DNA of 64,000 bases from Hemiscyllium ocellatum (Eukaryota), in contig NC_083411.1 in NCBI RefSeq assembly GCF_020745735.1, positions 89,390,328 through 89,454,327 on the forward strand, in the 5' to 3' direction. The position numbers and the translations under genes were made by a program. Of the stretch, positions 26,235 through 38,421 are shown piece by piece. Position 1 is the first letter of the stretch; every line of letters starts with the position of its first letter. The notes beneath the pieces are model-generated. The model saw nothing but the letters and a program-made list of their open reading frames with translations. It had not been told where the DNA came from and did not search any database.

Positions 26235-26689
26235 CAGCTGTCTTCTTCCACAGTCCCGAAGTCCGGTTCCAGCTCCAGGATATCCTCCTCCAGATAAACC
26301 GGCGGCGGCTGCTCTTCACCCCCCTCCGAGTAGCACCTGGCCACCCCGGGGAGGACGTTGCTCAACAATGCCTCGCAGTCGGCCAGAAGCGGGTCACCGG
26401 GACCCAGCTCCACGTCCAGGACATCAGGGGCGCGCTCGATCAGATCGCCGTTGGCCGGAGGGGGCGGCCTGTCCCCGCCGCCGGTGAGCGCCTTCCCCCC
26501 GCGGCCGCGGCCGCTCCGACACCGGAGCTGCTCGTTCTGCAACTCCAGCTTTTTGACCAGGTCCTGCAGCTTTTTCACCTCCTTGTCTGCGTCGAGCAGC
26601 GGCGTGACGATGGCAGCCGCGCATCCCGAGCCGTTCGGTGCCCCCGGGTCAACTCCCGCCTCGGGCTCGGTTGAACTGGGTCCCACCAT
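26235..26689 (-). CDS. SLAIN motif-containing protein-like, coding exon 1 (N-terminal coiled coil)
   Basis: ATG at 26689 (MVGPSS..); ADKEVKKLQDLVKKLELQNEQLRCRS matches the SLAIN coiled coil [31 protein letters not shown]..EEDSW then TG|gtaagt; lies in a CpG island. Confidence 0.92.
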
Positions 26690-26950
26690 TGGCTGGCCGG
26701 TGGCACTCACAGACCGGCCGCTCGCATCGCCATCGCCATCGCCACCATCTTAGATAAAGACGCCCTCTGACACTCACTCTGGGCATGCGCAGACCCCTGG
26801 GGTGACCGGGGGCGCATGCGCGGTCACCGCGAGCCGAGATTGGCGCCAAATTGGACCATGGTTTCAGAGATGAACGATTGAAATGTGTCAGCGACAACCA
26901 ATCTGGAAACACGAGCTGGTGCATCTCCCAGTTACTGCACACGAGAAGCC
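26690..26950 (-). promoter_or_regulatory. CpG-island promoter and 5'UTR of the SLAIN-like gene
   Basis: NRF1 palindrome GCGCATGCGC (26812-26821) plus a partial site at 26783-26791; CCAAT boxes at 26839, 26850 and 26898; YY1-like AAGATGG. Confidence 0.7.
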
Positions 26951-27057
26951 AGACGCCACATAGAATGGAAACAAAAAAAAAATTGGAAAGTGTTCTGTAC
27001 AGAGATTGCTGAAGAAACTCAGGAGGGTTGACTGCATCTATGGAGAGATGATGAAGG

Positions 27058-27150
27058 TTGAAAATGTGTTGCTGGTTAAAGCACAGCAGGTTAGGCAGCA
27101 TCCAAGGAATAGGAAATTCGATGTTTCGGGCATAAGCCCTTCATCAGGAA
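27058..27150 (-). mobile_element. PLE family B solo tail-less mini-insertion carrying a hammerhead
   Basis: uuc-CUGAUGA-A-GGGC-uuau-GCCC-GAAA-CAUC-gaa; 14-bp TSD AGAGATGATGAAGG at 27044-27057 and 27151-27164. Confidence 0.8.
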
Positions 27151-27257
27151 AGAGATGATGAAGGAGCAGCTAGTGCTTCCAATGAAACCCTGTTGGACCA
27201 TAACCTGGTGTTGTGTGGTTTTTAACTTTATCTATGGAAAGAGACACAATTCAGGTT

Positions 27258-27547
27258 GGGCAGCATGGTGGCACAGTGGTTAGCACTACTGCCTCACAGC
27301 TCCAGAGACCCGGGTTCAATTCCCGCCTCAGGCGACTGGCTGTGTGGAGTTTGCACATTCTCCCCGTGTCTGCGTGGGTTTCCTCCGGGTGCTCCGGTTT
27401 CCTCCCACAGTCCAAAGATGTGCGGGTCAGGTGAATTGGCCATGCTAAATTGCCCGTAGGTAAGGGGTATGGGTTGCGCTTTGGTGGGTCGGTGTGGACT
27501 TGTTGGGCCGAAGGGCCTGTTTCCACACTGTAAGTAATCTAATCTAA
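27258..27547 (+). mobile_element. HE1 V-SINE, young and full length
   Basis: GGGCAGCATGGTGGCACAGTGGTTAGC head with A/B boxes (GGTTCAATTCC), V-domain, (AATCT)n tail. Confidence 0.9.
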
Positions 27548-28444
27548 AAGGTCTATCTAGACCTGCTGAATTTTTCCAATATTTTGTGTTTAAGATTTCC
27601 AGTATCCATAACATCTTGCTTTTATTTTAATGTTGAAAAGATACAGCAGTGCAGCAAAGTGAATTTCGTAGCTTTTTCCCCAGAATGACCGTTACTCAAC
27701 TGCTCTTACACATACTCTGATACGTCGAGATTTATTATTATTCTGTTCAGTATTATGAAGATTAAAGAACAAACCATGACTTTACTAAGCAAATTTCAAA
27801 CTAACATTCCAACGGATTCACTGATGCTTCATTGATAATTTCCAATTGTAACAGAGGACTGATGGCATTTGTGTTGCATATATAGACTCTGAAAATATGC
27901 TTATTATGTATCATGTAATAAATGTATACTGAAATTGAACCCATTAAGTGAATGGGAAACCAAGTTTCTCATAGACCTCTGTGTGTTATCAATCACTGGC
28001 AACTTGAGGACTGTAGTACTACCACTAATCCTCCATTCTATTCTTTTAAAGTAAAGCATTAAATGGATTAGATAGCCTCTGGGTCATCCTTTCTAAATTT
28101 TTAAATAAACCTGTTTGATTATGTTATGACACACAAGCATGACAGGTGGGACTTAAATCCAGACCTCTTAGGCAGAGGTATAAATTCATGCTGGCTCTAT
28201 AGCAAGTACCTTCCAACCCACAACCACTCCATTCTAGGATAAGGGCAGCAAATACACATGAACACCACTATTACTAGATCAAAAAACTGGAACTCCCTCC
28301 TTATAGTGGTATTGTGGATGTATCTACATCAAATAGATGGCAACAGTTCAAGAAGATAGCTCATCACTTTCACAAGAGCAATACAAGATGGGCAATAAAT
28401 GAATGAATTAAAAGAAAGAACCACCATCTCTACAAAAGCCCTAG

Positions 28445-28730
28445 TCGTAGAGATGTACAGCATGGAAACAGACCCTTCAGTCTAACTCGTCTATGCTGAC
28501 CAGATACCCCAAACTAATCTAGTCCCACTTGCCAGCACCCAGCCCATATCCATCCAAATCCTTCCTATTCATATATCCATCCAGATGCATTTTAAATGTT
28601 GCAATTGTACTAGCATCCACCACTTCCTCTGGCAGCTCATTCCATACACATGTAACCCTCTGCGTGAAAGGTTACCCCTTAGTTCTCTTTAATATCTTTC
28701 CCCTCTCACCCTAAACCTTGGACCTTCTAG
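28445..28730 (-). mobile_element. CR1 3' end
   Basis: Reverse complement of the CR1 3'UTR found at 29040-29313. Confidence 0.8.
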
Positions 28731-28749
28731 ATATTTTTAATCAACCTGT

Positions 28750-29313
28750 CATTGGTTAGGCCACTGTTAGAATATTGCATGCAATTCTGGTCTCCTTCCT
28801 ATCAGAATGATGTTGTGAAACTTGAAAGGGTTCAAAAAAGATTTACAAGGATGTTGCCAGGGTTGGAGGACATGAGCTACAGGGAGAGGCTGAACAGGCT
28901 GTGGCTGTTTTCCCTGGAGCATCAGAGGCTGAGGGGTGACCTTATAGACGTTTATAAAATTATGAAGGGCATAGATAGAATAAATACACAAAATCTTTTC
29001 CCTGGGGTCGGGGAGTCCAGAACTAGAGGGCATAGGTTTCGGCGGAGAAGGAAAAGTTATAAAAGAGACCTAAGGGTCAACTTTTTCACACAGAGGGTTT
29101 TACGTGTATGGAATGAACTGCCAGAGGATGTGGTGGAGGCTGGTACAATTGCAACATTTAATAGGCATTTGGATGGGTATATGAATAGGAAGGGTTGAGA
29201 GGGATATGGGCCAGGTGCTGGCAGGTGGGACTAAATTGGGTTGGGATATCTGGTCAGTATGGATGGGTTGGACCGAAGGGTCTGTTTCTATACTGTACAT
29301 CTCTATGACTCTA
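28750..29313 (+). mobile_element. CR1 3' fragment
   Basis: ORF 28752..29198 (VRPLLEYCMQFWSP..FFTQRV..WNELP); tail CTCTATGACTCT. Confidence 0.9.
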
Positions 29314-30164
29314 AGATATGTTGACGCACCTTTGGAGCAGATAGGAGTTGAATCCAGGCCTTCCCAGAGTTTGGGGTATCATCACTGCACCACAAGAGCC
29401 TCCTAAACTTCTTTTAATAAATCTATTCAGATATACCTCTAGAACACGTGAGACTTGAACCAGGAGTGTCTACTGGCCCCAAACCATCCTTTTTATTCTT
29501 TTAAAGGCCAAATTAATAAACGGTTAGACGGTTCACGTGGGGCACAGTAAAAAAAGCAAATGGTTAATGGAAATTCATAAAAACGAAGGGAAACGTGTTA
29601 TACCAAAGTTATATTTTCCAATGTGATGACGCAACCCCTGCAGTGCCCAAGTCTCAAAAAGCCTCTGTCACACAAATGGACATTGCATGCTCCCTCTCTG
29701 TGTGCATCCAAACAGGGTCAAAAACAGAACAGATAACCTAAAACAAAAGTGACTCTTCTCCACACCCTGCTGCTAGTACCTATTAATGGCTATTTTGGCT
29801 AAGCCTAGGAGCAGAGCCATGAGAAGCGTCCTCTGACCTGCCTATCCTTCACCACCCAGGGTGGCCATAGATTGGAAGCATGGGGTTGAAGTGTAACCAA
29901 ACATTTAAAAGCAGCCCTTTTAAAGAACTAAAGATGGGCTGCAAATGAAAACAACATAAATATGGAATACCACTTCCCCAAGCTACAAAATCTAAATGTG
30001 GCTGGCACTATGAAATCTGTCCATTATTATCATCTTGAGGTATTTCAGCAGTGCTGTTCACCGCTAATCACTATTGGTTATTAGACTCTTAAGCTAACAA
30101 CAACTGGCAGCTGTGTTGGACTACAGTACTGCCACCATTATTCCTTTTAAAATCAACCTGTTAT

Positions 30165-31460
30165 GACACATGGTCAGCATGGCTTTATACTGGGGAGACC
30201 TTGTCTCACAAATTTGATTGAGGTTTTTAAAGAAATGATGATAGTTTAAGATGGATTTCCGATTTGCTCTATTTAATATTTTGAATTTTTATATTTTGTA
30301 GTAATTTAACATTTATTTTAGCTTTCAACTAGTTTAATAATTTTAGACATTTTAAATATTTTAGTAAATAAAGTTGTAATTTTAATCACAAGTAGGGTGG
30401 ATGGTAGATCATGATGGATGGTGTTTACATGGACTTTAGTAAAGTTTTTGATATCATCCCTCAGGGTGGACTGGCCCAGAAGGTTAGATCACATGGATCC
30501 ACAGTAAGATCATAAATTGGATATAAAATTGACTTGGTCATAGGAGACAGAGGGCAATTCTGGAGAAGTGTTTTTCTGACTAGAGATCGGTGTTCTGCAA
30601 GGATCAGTGCTAGGACCTCTGTTGTTTGTAATATATACATATTAACGTAGATAAAATTGTAGGCGGTCTGTATAGTTAGTTTGCAAAGGTCAAAACTTTG
30701 GTGGAGGATACAACTGAACTATAGTAATTAGAAAGTTGGGCAGAGAAATAGCAAATGGAACTTAATCCAGACAAGTGTGAGGTGATGCATTTTGGGAGGT
30801 CAAATGCAACAAGAAGGTATACAGTTAGTAGCAAGACCTTTACGAGTATTAATATACACAGGAATCTTTGGATATAAGTCCATAGCTCCCTGAAAGTGGT
30901 AAGTGAATAAAGTGGTAAAGAAGGCATACAATATGCTTGCTTCATTGGTCAGGGCATCAAATCTCAAAGTTAGAAATCATGTTTCAGCTGTATAGAAGTT
31001 TAGTTAGGCCACATTTGGAGTATTGTGTACAGTTCTAGTCCCCGCACTACAGGAAGGATGTGCAAGCTCTGGAGAGGGTGTAAAAAAGGTTTACCAGGAT
31101 GTTGTCTGGATTGGAGTGCATTAGCAATAAGGAGAGATTGACAAACTGGGATTGTTTTAGCTAATGTTGGAGGCTGAGGTGCGGCCAGATTGAAGCATAT
31201 AAAAGTATGAGAGGTGTAGATAGGGTGAATAGTTATATTTTAATTCAGGGTGGAAAGGTCAAATACCTGGGAGTATAGTATAAGGTGAGAGGAGAAGCAG
31301 AGTAATTAGCAAAATTGAAGAGGCATTTAAGCAAACATGTGAAAAGATAGAGAGATTATAGACTAATTGCATGCAGATGGGTTGGTTTAAAATGGCATCA
31401 TGGCTGACATATACATGATAGGGCAAAGGGGCTATTTCTCTGTTGTACTGTTCTACGTTT
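30165..31460 (+). mobile_element. CR1 LINE, degraded RT and 3' end
   Basis: QHGF..CLTNLIE, YMDFSKVFD, QGSVLGPLLF and LEYCVQF remnants with stop codons. Confidence 0.8.
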
Positions 31461-33218
31461 GAGGGAAATAGTACTTTTCTCTGGAGTTCTGGCGCAGAGT
31501 TAGGTAAACTTTCACTGCGTCTCAAAAGCCTTTAGTTTTTTTTAATTTTTACTAATGAACCTGTTCAGAGATGTTATTACACACTTCTGGTTGAACCCAG
31601 ACCGTTGGCTCAGAGGTTACCACAAGTTCCCTAAATTTATTATATTTTCTAATCTGTTCTGATATGGTATTACATACTTCAGGGGCAGGTAAGATGTATG
31701 GACATTATCACTGCACCACAAAAGCCTTTAATCCTCCTGTATTTGCTGAGTCTTAGGGCTTAACTAATTTGTTCAATTCACTTAATAGTATGGGTTATTT
31801 ATGATAGGACATACCAGTGGTCTACTCTCGAACAAAATAGACATCTGAGTGCAGTTTGAGGTTTGCTATAAATCATATAGATAATCTACAATTGTGATGG
31901 AAGGTTAGATTTTGAGAATTCTTGAGTACAGTTACCTCATAGCAATCAAACATGCATAAGAAAATTTCAATAACGTATGAAGTTTAGAAACAACCGTTTA
32001 GATATATTAGTTAACTAGATCAAAAAAAAATACAATCCACTTTGAGAGAATGGTTCACTAATAACAGAAGATGAACAAGTAGTGGGTGTGGAGGATATCA
32101 AGCTCATTATAATGCGAGGGCTACATTGCGCTGTCTAGCGGAGATGTAAGGGAACTCTTCCCTGGATCTTCCCTTAATCTCTGCTGGATCATCTTCCATC
32201 TGAAGAAAGCAGCTCTTTATCAAGGGATCTCCCTACGAGCTGTATCAGTGACCTTGAACACATGTTGTTATGCCCTAATTCTATGGGTCAATTTGCCAAT
32301 TACCAAATTGAATGTTCTAGCCAACACACACACACACACACACACACCCCTATTCCTGACATTTGTTCCCACTTGCTCACTCTCATCTGGGAGAGAATTT
32401 TCATTCCTTAAGGGGAAAAAAAATTATAAATGCAGTGTTTAGGAAAATAAGGTACATACAGCGTCATATAGTTGTTTGGCATTAGTTTATGCAACACTAT
32501 AGTCTTGGTGATCTTTGTCACCTTTTGTCTAGCTGATTAGAAATAGTTTAGATCCAAATTGCTTGCTACACAGTAAATACTAGACAAATTCAATTTTGAA
32601 AAGGAACCCTAATTTCCAACAGGAAGAGAGCAGATATACAGTAAGGAGGGGCTTTTGGGACACAGTGGCTCCAAAATGACACATCAAGTACTAAATGTCC
32701 AGAATTGATCCAATCTTCTGTGGTGCACTTAGGACATCTAAATGGCTCATCAATATAAAATTTCTGCTAACCTACTCTTCAATTAAAGAAAAGAATGGGT
32801 TGATGCACTCAAACCCAAATTACAATAAATAAAAGGACATTTTTTTTGAGAGGTAATGAAAAAAGTTTTCAATGAAGATTACTAAAAGATACTAGTTTTA
32901 TTCAGTGTAATACACTAAAAGAAATTAACATCTATTATATGATCACGGTTAGTAATCCATCCATGCTGTTTAAAAGTTCACAAAAGGTGCTTTCTGTTTT
33001 GTTTTCAGAGCACCAACATTTTAACAAAGCTTGCTGGGTTTTAGTTCTAAACTGAGAAGTCAGGGAGCTTGCCTGCACTTCACATATACAATGCTTTTTC
33101 ATCAACATGCCAATATTCTCCAAGATACAAAATGTGACCATATTCATCGTGGTTATAAGCTATTGATATTACATATTTGTGAACGCCAAACCTTTTTGTT
33201 ACTAGGCAATACATAAGC

Positions 33219-33725
33219 ATGCTTTTCCATCTCAAGTCAAAATCAGAAAAGAAACAGCCGGAGACGTTTTCTGTAGCAGCAGTATAAGTGGCATGTTTAA
33301 TCAGTTGAAATACAGCATCAGAAGACAGTTCACAAAAGGGTTAAACAGATAAGTTCGATGAGATCTCACATTTCGCCACCAACCTTGGAATAAACAAATA
33401 CTAAAAAAAATTGTAATGACAATGTTCAACCTCAGCAGGGGTACTTTTAATGATTTACAGTAGTGTATTCATAAGGAACCATATCTTATCTCTGGATCAA
33501 AGGAACAGGAGTAGGCCATTCAGCCACAAGCCTATAATTTACTAAGAGAGCAAATCCAAACTTACAATTCATAGAAATGCTTTTACATTTCAAGTCAATT
33601 CAGAAAAGGAGACAGCTGGAGACTTTTTCTGTAACAGCAGTACAAGAGGCATGAAATACAGCATCAGAAGATAGTACACAAAAAATTAAATAGTTAAGTT
33701 AGATGAGATCTCACATTTTACCACC
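33219..33725. repeat. Diverged ~150-160 bp direct repeat (33219-33380 and 33577-33725)
   Basis: Both units run ATGCTTTT.CAT.TCAAGTCAA..CAGAAAAG...GAAATACAGCATCAGAAGA...GATGAGATCTCACATTT..CCACC. Confidence 0.85.
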
Positions 33726-35015
33726 TGACATTGGTGGTGGACAAGTTGTTAGAGGGAATCTTGAATGACAGGATTGACATGTATTTGGAAAGGCAGGGAC
33801 TGATAGTCAACTTGGCCATGTGCATGGGAAATGATGGAGTTTTTTGAAAAAGTGACAAAGAGAACTGATGAGGGCAGAACGGTAGATGTGATCTATATGG
33901 ATTTCAGTAAGGTGTTTTAATGGAATAGGTGACATTTGAAACCCTGATATTTTAACTGTTATGGATATTCATGTATTTTTGAAATATTTAATACAGACCT
34001 AACTTAAATCAATGCATTATTCCCACCCTGAGAAAAAGTAAAGTAATCAGACACACATTAAAGAGAACTACAAGAAACTGTTGAAATTGTGTCACGGAAA
34101 TACAGAAAAGGTGCATTATCATCTTTGAAGAAAATAAGTTTACTAATGAAGAATGGTGTCATTATAGTTGAGAACAGGAAAAACTAAAAGCCTCAGGACA
34201 ATATCACATATTCAGTTTAGTACGAACCATTTGGATATTATTAAGCATATTGCAAAAGAAGAAAAATAATATTTTATTTTTGTTTATCTATATCCCAAAA
34301 ACTGAAATTATACTTGCAAATGTTAAAAGAAAAATTCAGCTTAATGATTTAAATAAAATAATCAAAATTTATCTAAATTAAGTTTTCCTGAAAAAAAACA
34401 TACCAATTGAAACAAAAATTGCACAGTGTGCAATACAAGAGGCTGAACATTTGTATCCTTGAAAAACAAACGCTGTATAAAGCTCCAGAGCTACAACCTT
34501 GGGATCATTTTCAACATTAAAAAAAACTTGAAAACGTCAAGCAAATGCCAAACATTTTATATCCATGAACTTAGAAACTATGTCTGAAACTTGACATACA
34601 TGAAAACATATGTCTTTCAAGCTCAAGTTGAATTATTTGTTAATTTGCATTAAACAGCTTGAATGATCCCCAAAAGTTATCAAAATACATAGTGCACACA
34701 TTATTTTTCACTCAAGGCTTTCTGGTTACCAGTATTGTCTATCTAGAGTATTCACAGGAAAAGGAGATTTATATTTGTTTATCTAATAGAGCATAGAAAA
34801 CAATACCAATGAAAAAGATAGACATCCCTTTCTGGGATGTCAAAAATCAGTATTTAGGTTTTGCATGGAAACATGATTTGCAACCCAGTGAAGAATGAGT
34901 AAACATTTCAATCTTAAAAGAATTAAGAGTAGTAATCAATCTTGATATTCAAATCCATGTGCTATCAGATTGAAAAACATAAGTACAATAAATAATGGTT
35001 TAATTCAAACTGTTG

Positions 35016-35348
35016 CTATTTTGATCTAGTGAGGTACGTGAAACTTTGAATTGTATACTTGATTCCTTCAGTCAGAGAAACAACAGGTTTATATCCTAGA
35101 TCTTTCTTTGCTCTTTCACAACTGTAGTAGTGGAATGTTCCAGCTAATGCTACTCGCATGGGAGTGAATGTAGGTTTAATGGTCACAATTGGCTTTAATA
35201 GCAACACCAAAATTGACAGGAAAAAGGCTAAATAATAAGCCAGCAGATACGGAATGTGATACTTTGGAGGATCATAATTTAGTCCAACTAAAATTTCAGA
35301 CAAGAATGTCCAAAAGGGAATTGGTTCATCATTTGTGATATGGTAGGC
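35016..35348 (-). CDS. NSDHL: Sterol-4-alpha-carboxylate 3-dehydrogenase, last coding exon
   Basis: aatag|GCC..TAG, 333 nt; [68 protein letters not shown].. Confidence 0.97.
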   Translation of the reverse strand, partial: AYHITNDEPIPFWTFLSEILVGLNYDPPKYHIPYLLAYYLAFFLSILVLLLKPIVTIKPTFTPMRVALAGTFHYYSCERAKKDLGYKPVVSLTEGIKYTIQSFTYLTRSK

Positions 35349-36139
35349 CTATTGGAATTAAAAAGAAGGAAAAAGTTAATGAAGTACTGCTCAAATTTCA
35401 AAACAACAGTTCTTTAAAACTAACTCCACACAATATAAAAACTTAGTTCAATGACAACATGGATAATGTTAGTACTTTCCTAACTGTACCCTTTGTAACT
35501 ATCGAGGATGGAATTGGTTGTGTGGAGAGGGAAGAAAATAAAATAGACAACATAGAGGTCTATAAGGTTAATTTTAGAAATACATGCATTATTTAAGTCA
35601 GTGGCAGCAATTTTGATTAAGCTTGAAGGTGGCACAAAGCCCCCAGACTACAACATATGATTTGGATTGATACCAAGGGAGCATTCCATGGTCAAAGACA
35701 TCACCTTTTAAAGTGAAATATTAAAGAGCTGTCCTGTCTGGCCTGGTGGGTGGATGTAAAAGCTTCCATTATACAATTTTGCCAAAGTATAGCCTTTATT
35801 TATGTATCTCTCTCCTTTGTAATGTAATGAATTTCTAACAATTATTGCAGGTATTGGATTATAATACATGTATTAATATTGATAAGTATGACAGAGTGAA
35901 ATTATTAATAAGTAATCATTTGGTGGTTCCCAGGGATGGCTTGAGCTGGTATGTGAATGCAGCTGTGCTACAGCTTTCCACAGGATTAATTCCAAATTTG
36001 GAAAGATATGAAGGCATTTGACAGGATCCAGAAAAGATTCACAAGAATGGTTCCAAGCACAAGGAAGAGGAACCTCAGTCACAAGGACAGATTGACAAAG
36101 CTGGGTCTATTCTCCTTCAAGTAGAGGTATTTTCTAATC

Positions 36140-36242
36140 AACCTGTTCAGACATGTTATGACACACCTCTACAGCAGGTGGTCTTTGAGCCAGGAGACCT
36201 CTGTTCAAAGTGGGGACACAACCACTGCACCACAGGAGCCCT
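36140..36242 (-). mobile_element. Short (~100 bp) tRNA-derived SINE, best-preserved copy of a dispersed family
   Basis: Minus strand AGGGCTCCTGTGGTGCAGTGG...CACCTGCTGTAGAGGTGTGTCATAACATGTCTGAACAGGTT; related copies near 28108, 29318, 29420, 31558, 31650, 46700 and 56500. Confidence 0.6.
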
Positions 36243-36599
36243 TACCTCCTGGGAGTAGGGGAGATTAGAGTGGTCTGGACAGGCTATACAGGGAGAAGGA
36301 CTGTTCCAACTGACAGGATCAAAAAAGCAGAAGATACGGATTCTCAGGAGAATCATTAGCAACATGAAGTCCGATTCGTTTTTTTAAAAAAAAGTGAGTG
36401 ACAACTAGTTAACGTTTGGAATTACCCAAGAATATGGTGGAAGATGATTTAAGTAAGGATATCAAAAAGAGAATTTGATAATTTTTTTTTCTCTCAGATA
36501 ATTATGCAGGGCTTTAGAGGAAAGCAGGTTAAAGAAAGATTCAGGGAGTTGTTCTTGCAGAGAGCCAACATGGATAGGAGATCAAGAATTTCTTCTTAC

Positions 36600-37900
36600 A
36601 TTGTTTATTCAGGAGATGTGGGCTTCGCCTTTCAAAGAGTGATGGTGAGCTACCTTCTTGAATTGGTGCAGCCTAATTGATGCAGATAAAGGTAGTTTAA
36701 AAGGCAAACAAGGTGATACTTGCTACTTGTCAGCCCAAATTTAGATACAACCCACACCTTGGTGCATTTGGTATGGACTGCTTCAGTATTAGAGTTGCAA
36801 ATTGTGCAATTAGCAAAAATCCCCTTCTGAAATTATGATGGAGATGGATATTATGAAGCACTGAAGAGGGCTGGGCCTAGGACACTCCCTGAAGAAAATT
36901 ATTCAGGGATATATTGGAGCTGAGATGACTGACCTCACAGCCATCTTCCTTTCGTAATGAGTCAGATTAGGAAGTTGCACATTGTGGTCAAATACATATC
37001 AGCTGCTGATGAAGACTCACAAGGTCTCATGGATACCCAGTGTGGAGTTGCTAGGTCTATACAAAAGCTATTCCATTTAGCAGCGTGATAGCACCAGACA
37101 ATGGGATATACAGATGGAGGTTATCCTGAATGAAGCTGGAACATGATCTCCATAAGGAAAGCGTGGTGGTCACCCCTATTGATACTGCTACAGAGACATA
37201 CATCTGCTACCAGTAGCTTGGTGAGGATTTGGTCAAGCATGTTTTTTTTCCACTCTTATTGGTTGCTTCACCGCCTGGCACAGACTAGGTCGAGCAGCCA
37301 TGACCATTTGGACACAACCAATTCAACCAGTAGTGGTGTTGCCTAGCCACTATTGGTAATGACCCAGGATACACTCTGTACCTTTGCCACCATTTCTTCC
37401 TCCAAGTGACTCTCAACATGGAGGAGTATGGATTTATCAGCAGGCGCAGGGCACATGGCAATCAACAGGAGGTTTTCCCTCTCTTGTTTCACCTGATGCC
37501 ATGAAACTTCAAATGCTCCACAGTTAATGTTGACTACTTCCAAGGCAACTCCTTCCTGTATCCTATTGGTGCTCCTGCTGGTGAGATAGAACAGATCCAG
37601 GGAGGGGGATGGTTTTGTCTGGTATGTAGTCAAACTTGTTGAATCATACCTTACAGAGAAAGTCAGGCTATTGCATGAAGCAACTGTCCCAATTCTGGTT
37701 GCAGATGATCTGTCATGTTTAATTCATTTTTTTGGAGACTTGTTAGCAGTTTGACTCAACTGATTGCTTTTTGAAATAGCTTGGCAAGCCAATTAAGAGT
37801 CAACTACATTGCTGCAAGTCTGGATTCACCTCAGGTCTGATAAGGAACGGATGGCACATTTTTAAATAACTATTGATAATGACTTCATGGTCATCATTAA
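36600..37900 (-). mobile_element. Old non-LTR retrotransposon (CR1/L2-related) remnant including the APE endonuclease region
   Basis: ORF 37343..37633 EGVALEVVNI..EVSWHQVK..NLLLIA..ADKSILLHVESHLEE; similar remnants near 14.4, 16.2, 55.7-56.7 and 62.1-63.6 kb. Confidence 0.55.
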
Positions 37901-38421
37901 GCTTTTAGTTTCAGATTTTTTAAAAAAAAAATCCAGCTCCACCATCTACCATGGTGGATTTCAAACCTGGGTCTCTGGATTGCTAGACCTGAAACAATTC
38001 CTCTATGTGTTCGCCTTTCAATGACCTCTTTTTATGCTACAACCATATTATGATCTTACCCACTAACAAGGTTATTTCTACTAACAATTTGTCAGAGAAA
38101 ATGAAGAATTTTCCAACTGGTTGCATTGATAATTTGTCTTGATTATAAATCTCCCTTGGGGTCTTGTGATTAACTGATTCCCCTATTCACCTGTAAAAAG
38201 TTAACTATAAAGTTCATGGCTAAATAGGTTATTGAATTTTTTCAAATTGACACCATATTGAGAAAAACACAAATTTCAGTTGCCTACTCTTTTTAAAGAT
38301 ACCACTGCCAATGGAGCAGTTCAGGATTAATGGGAAACAATTATTAAAAGTTGAATAATCATGATCAAATCAAACCAACAACAAAAGTTGCGAGATTATA
38401 GATGTCTGGGCAGATCACTAT

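Noticed and set aside
26221-26753. + strand ORFs overlapping SLAIN-like exon 1
   Set aside because: GC-rich antisense shadows with low-complexity translations.
27258-27335. tRNA genes at the HE1 heads (also near 49400, 53730 and 13011)
   Set aside because: The A/B boxes run directly into the V-SINE body and tail, so these are SINE heads rather than tRNA genes.
29620-29840. C/D-box snoRNA suggested by GTGATGA at ~29623
   Set aside because: No D box or terminal stem at a suitable distance, and the site is intergenic.
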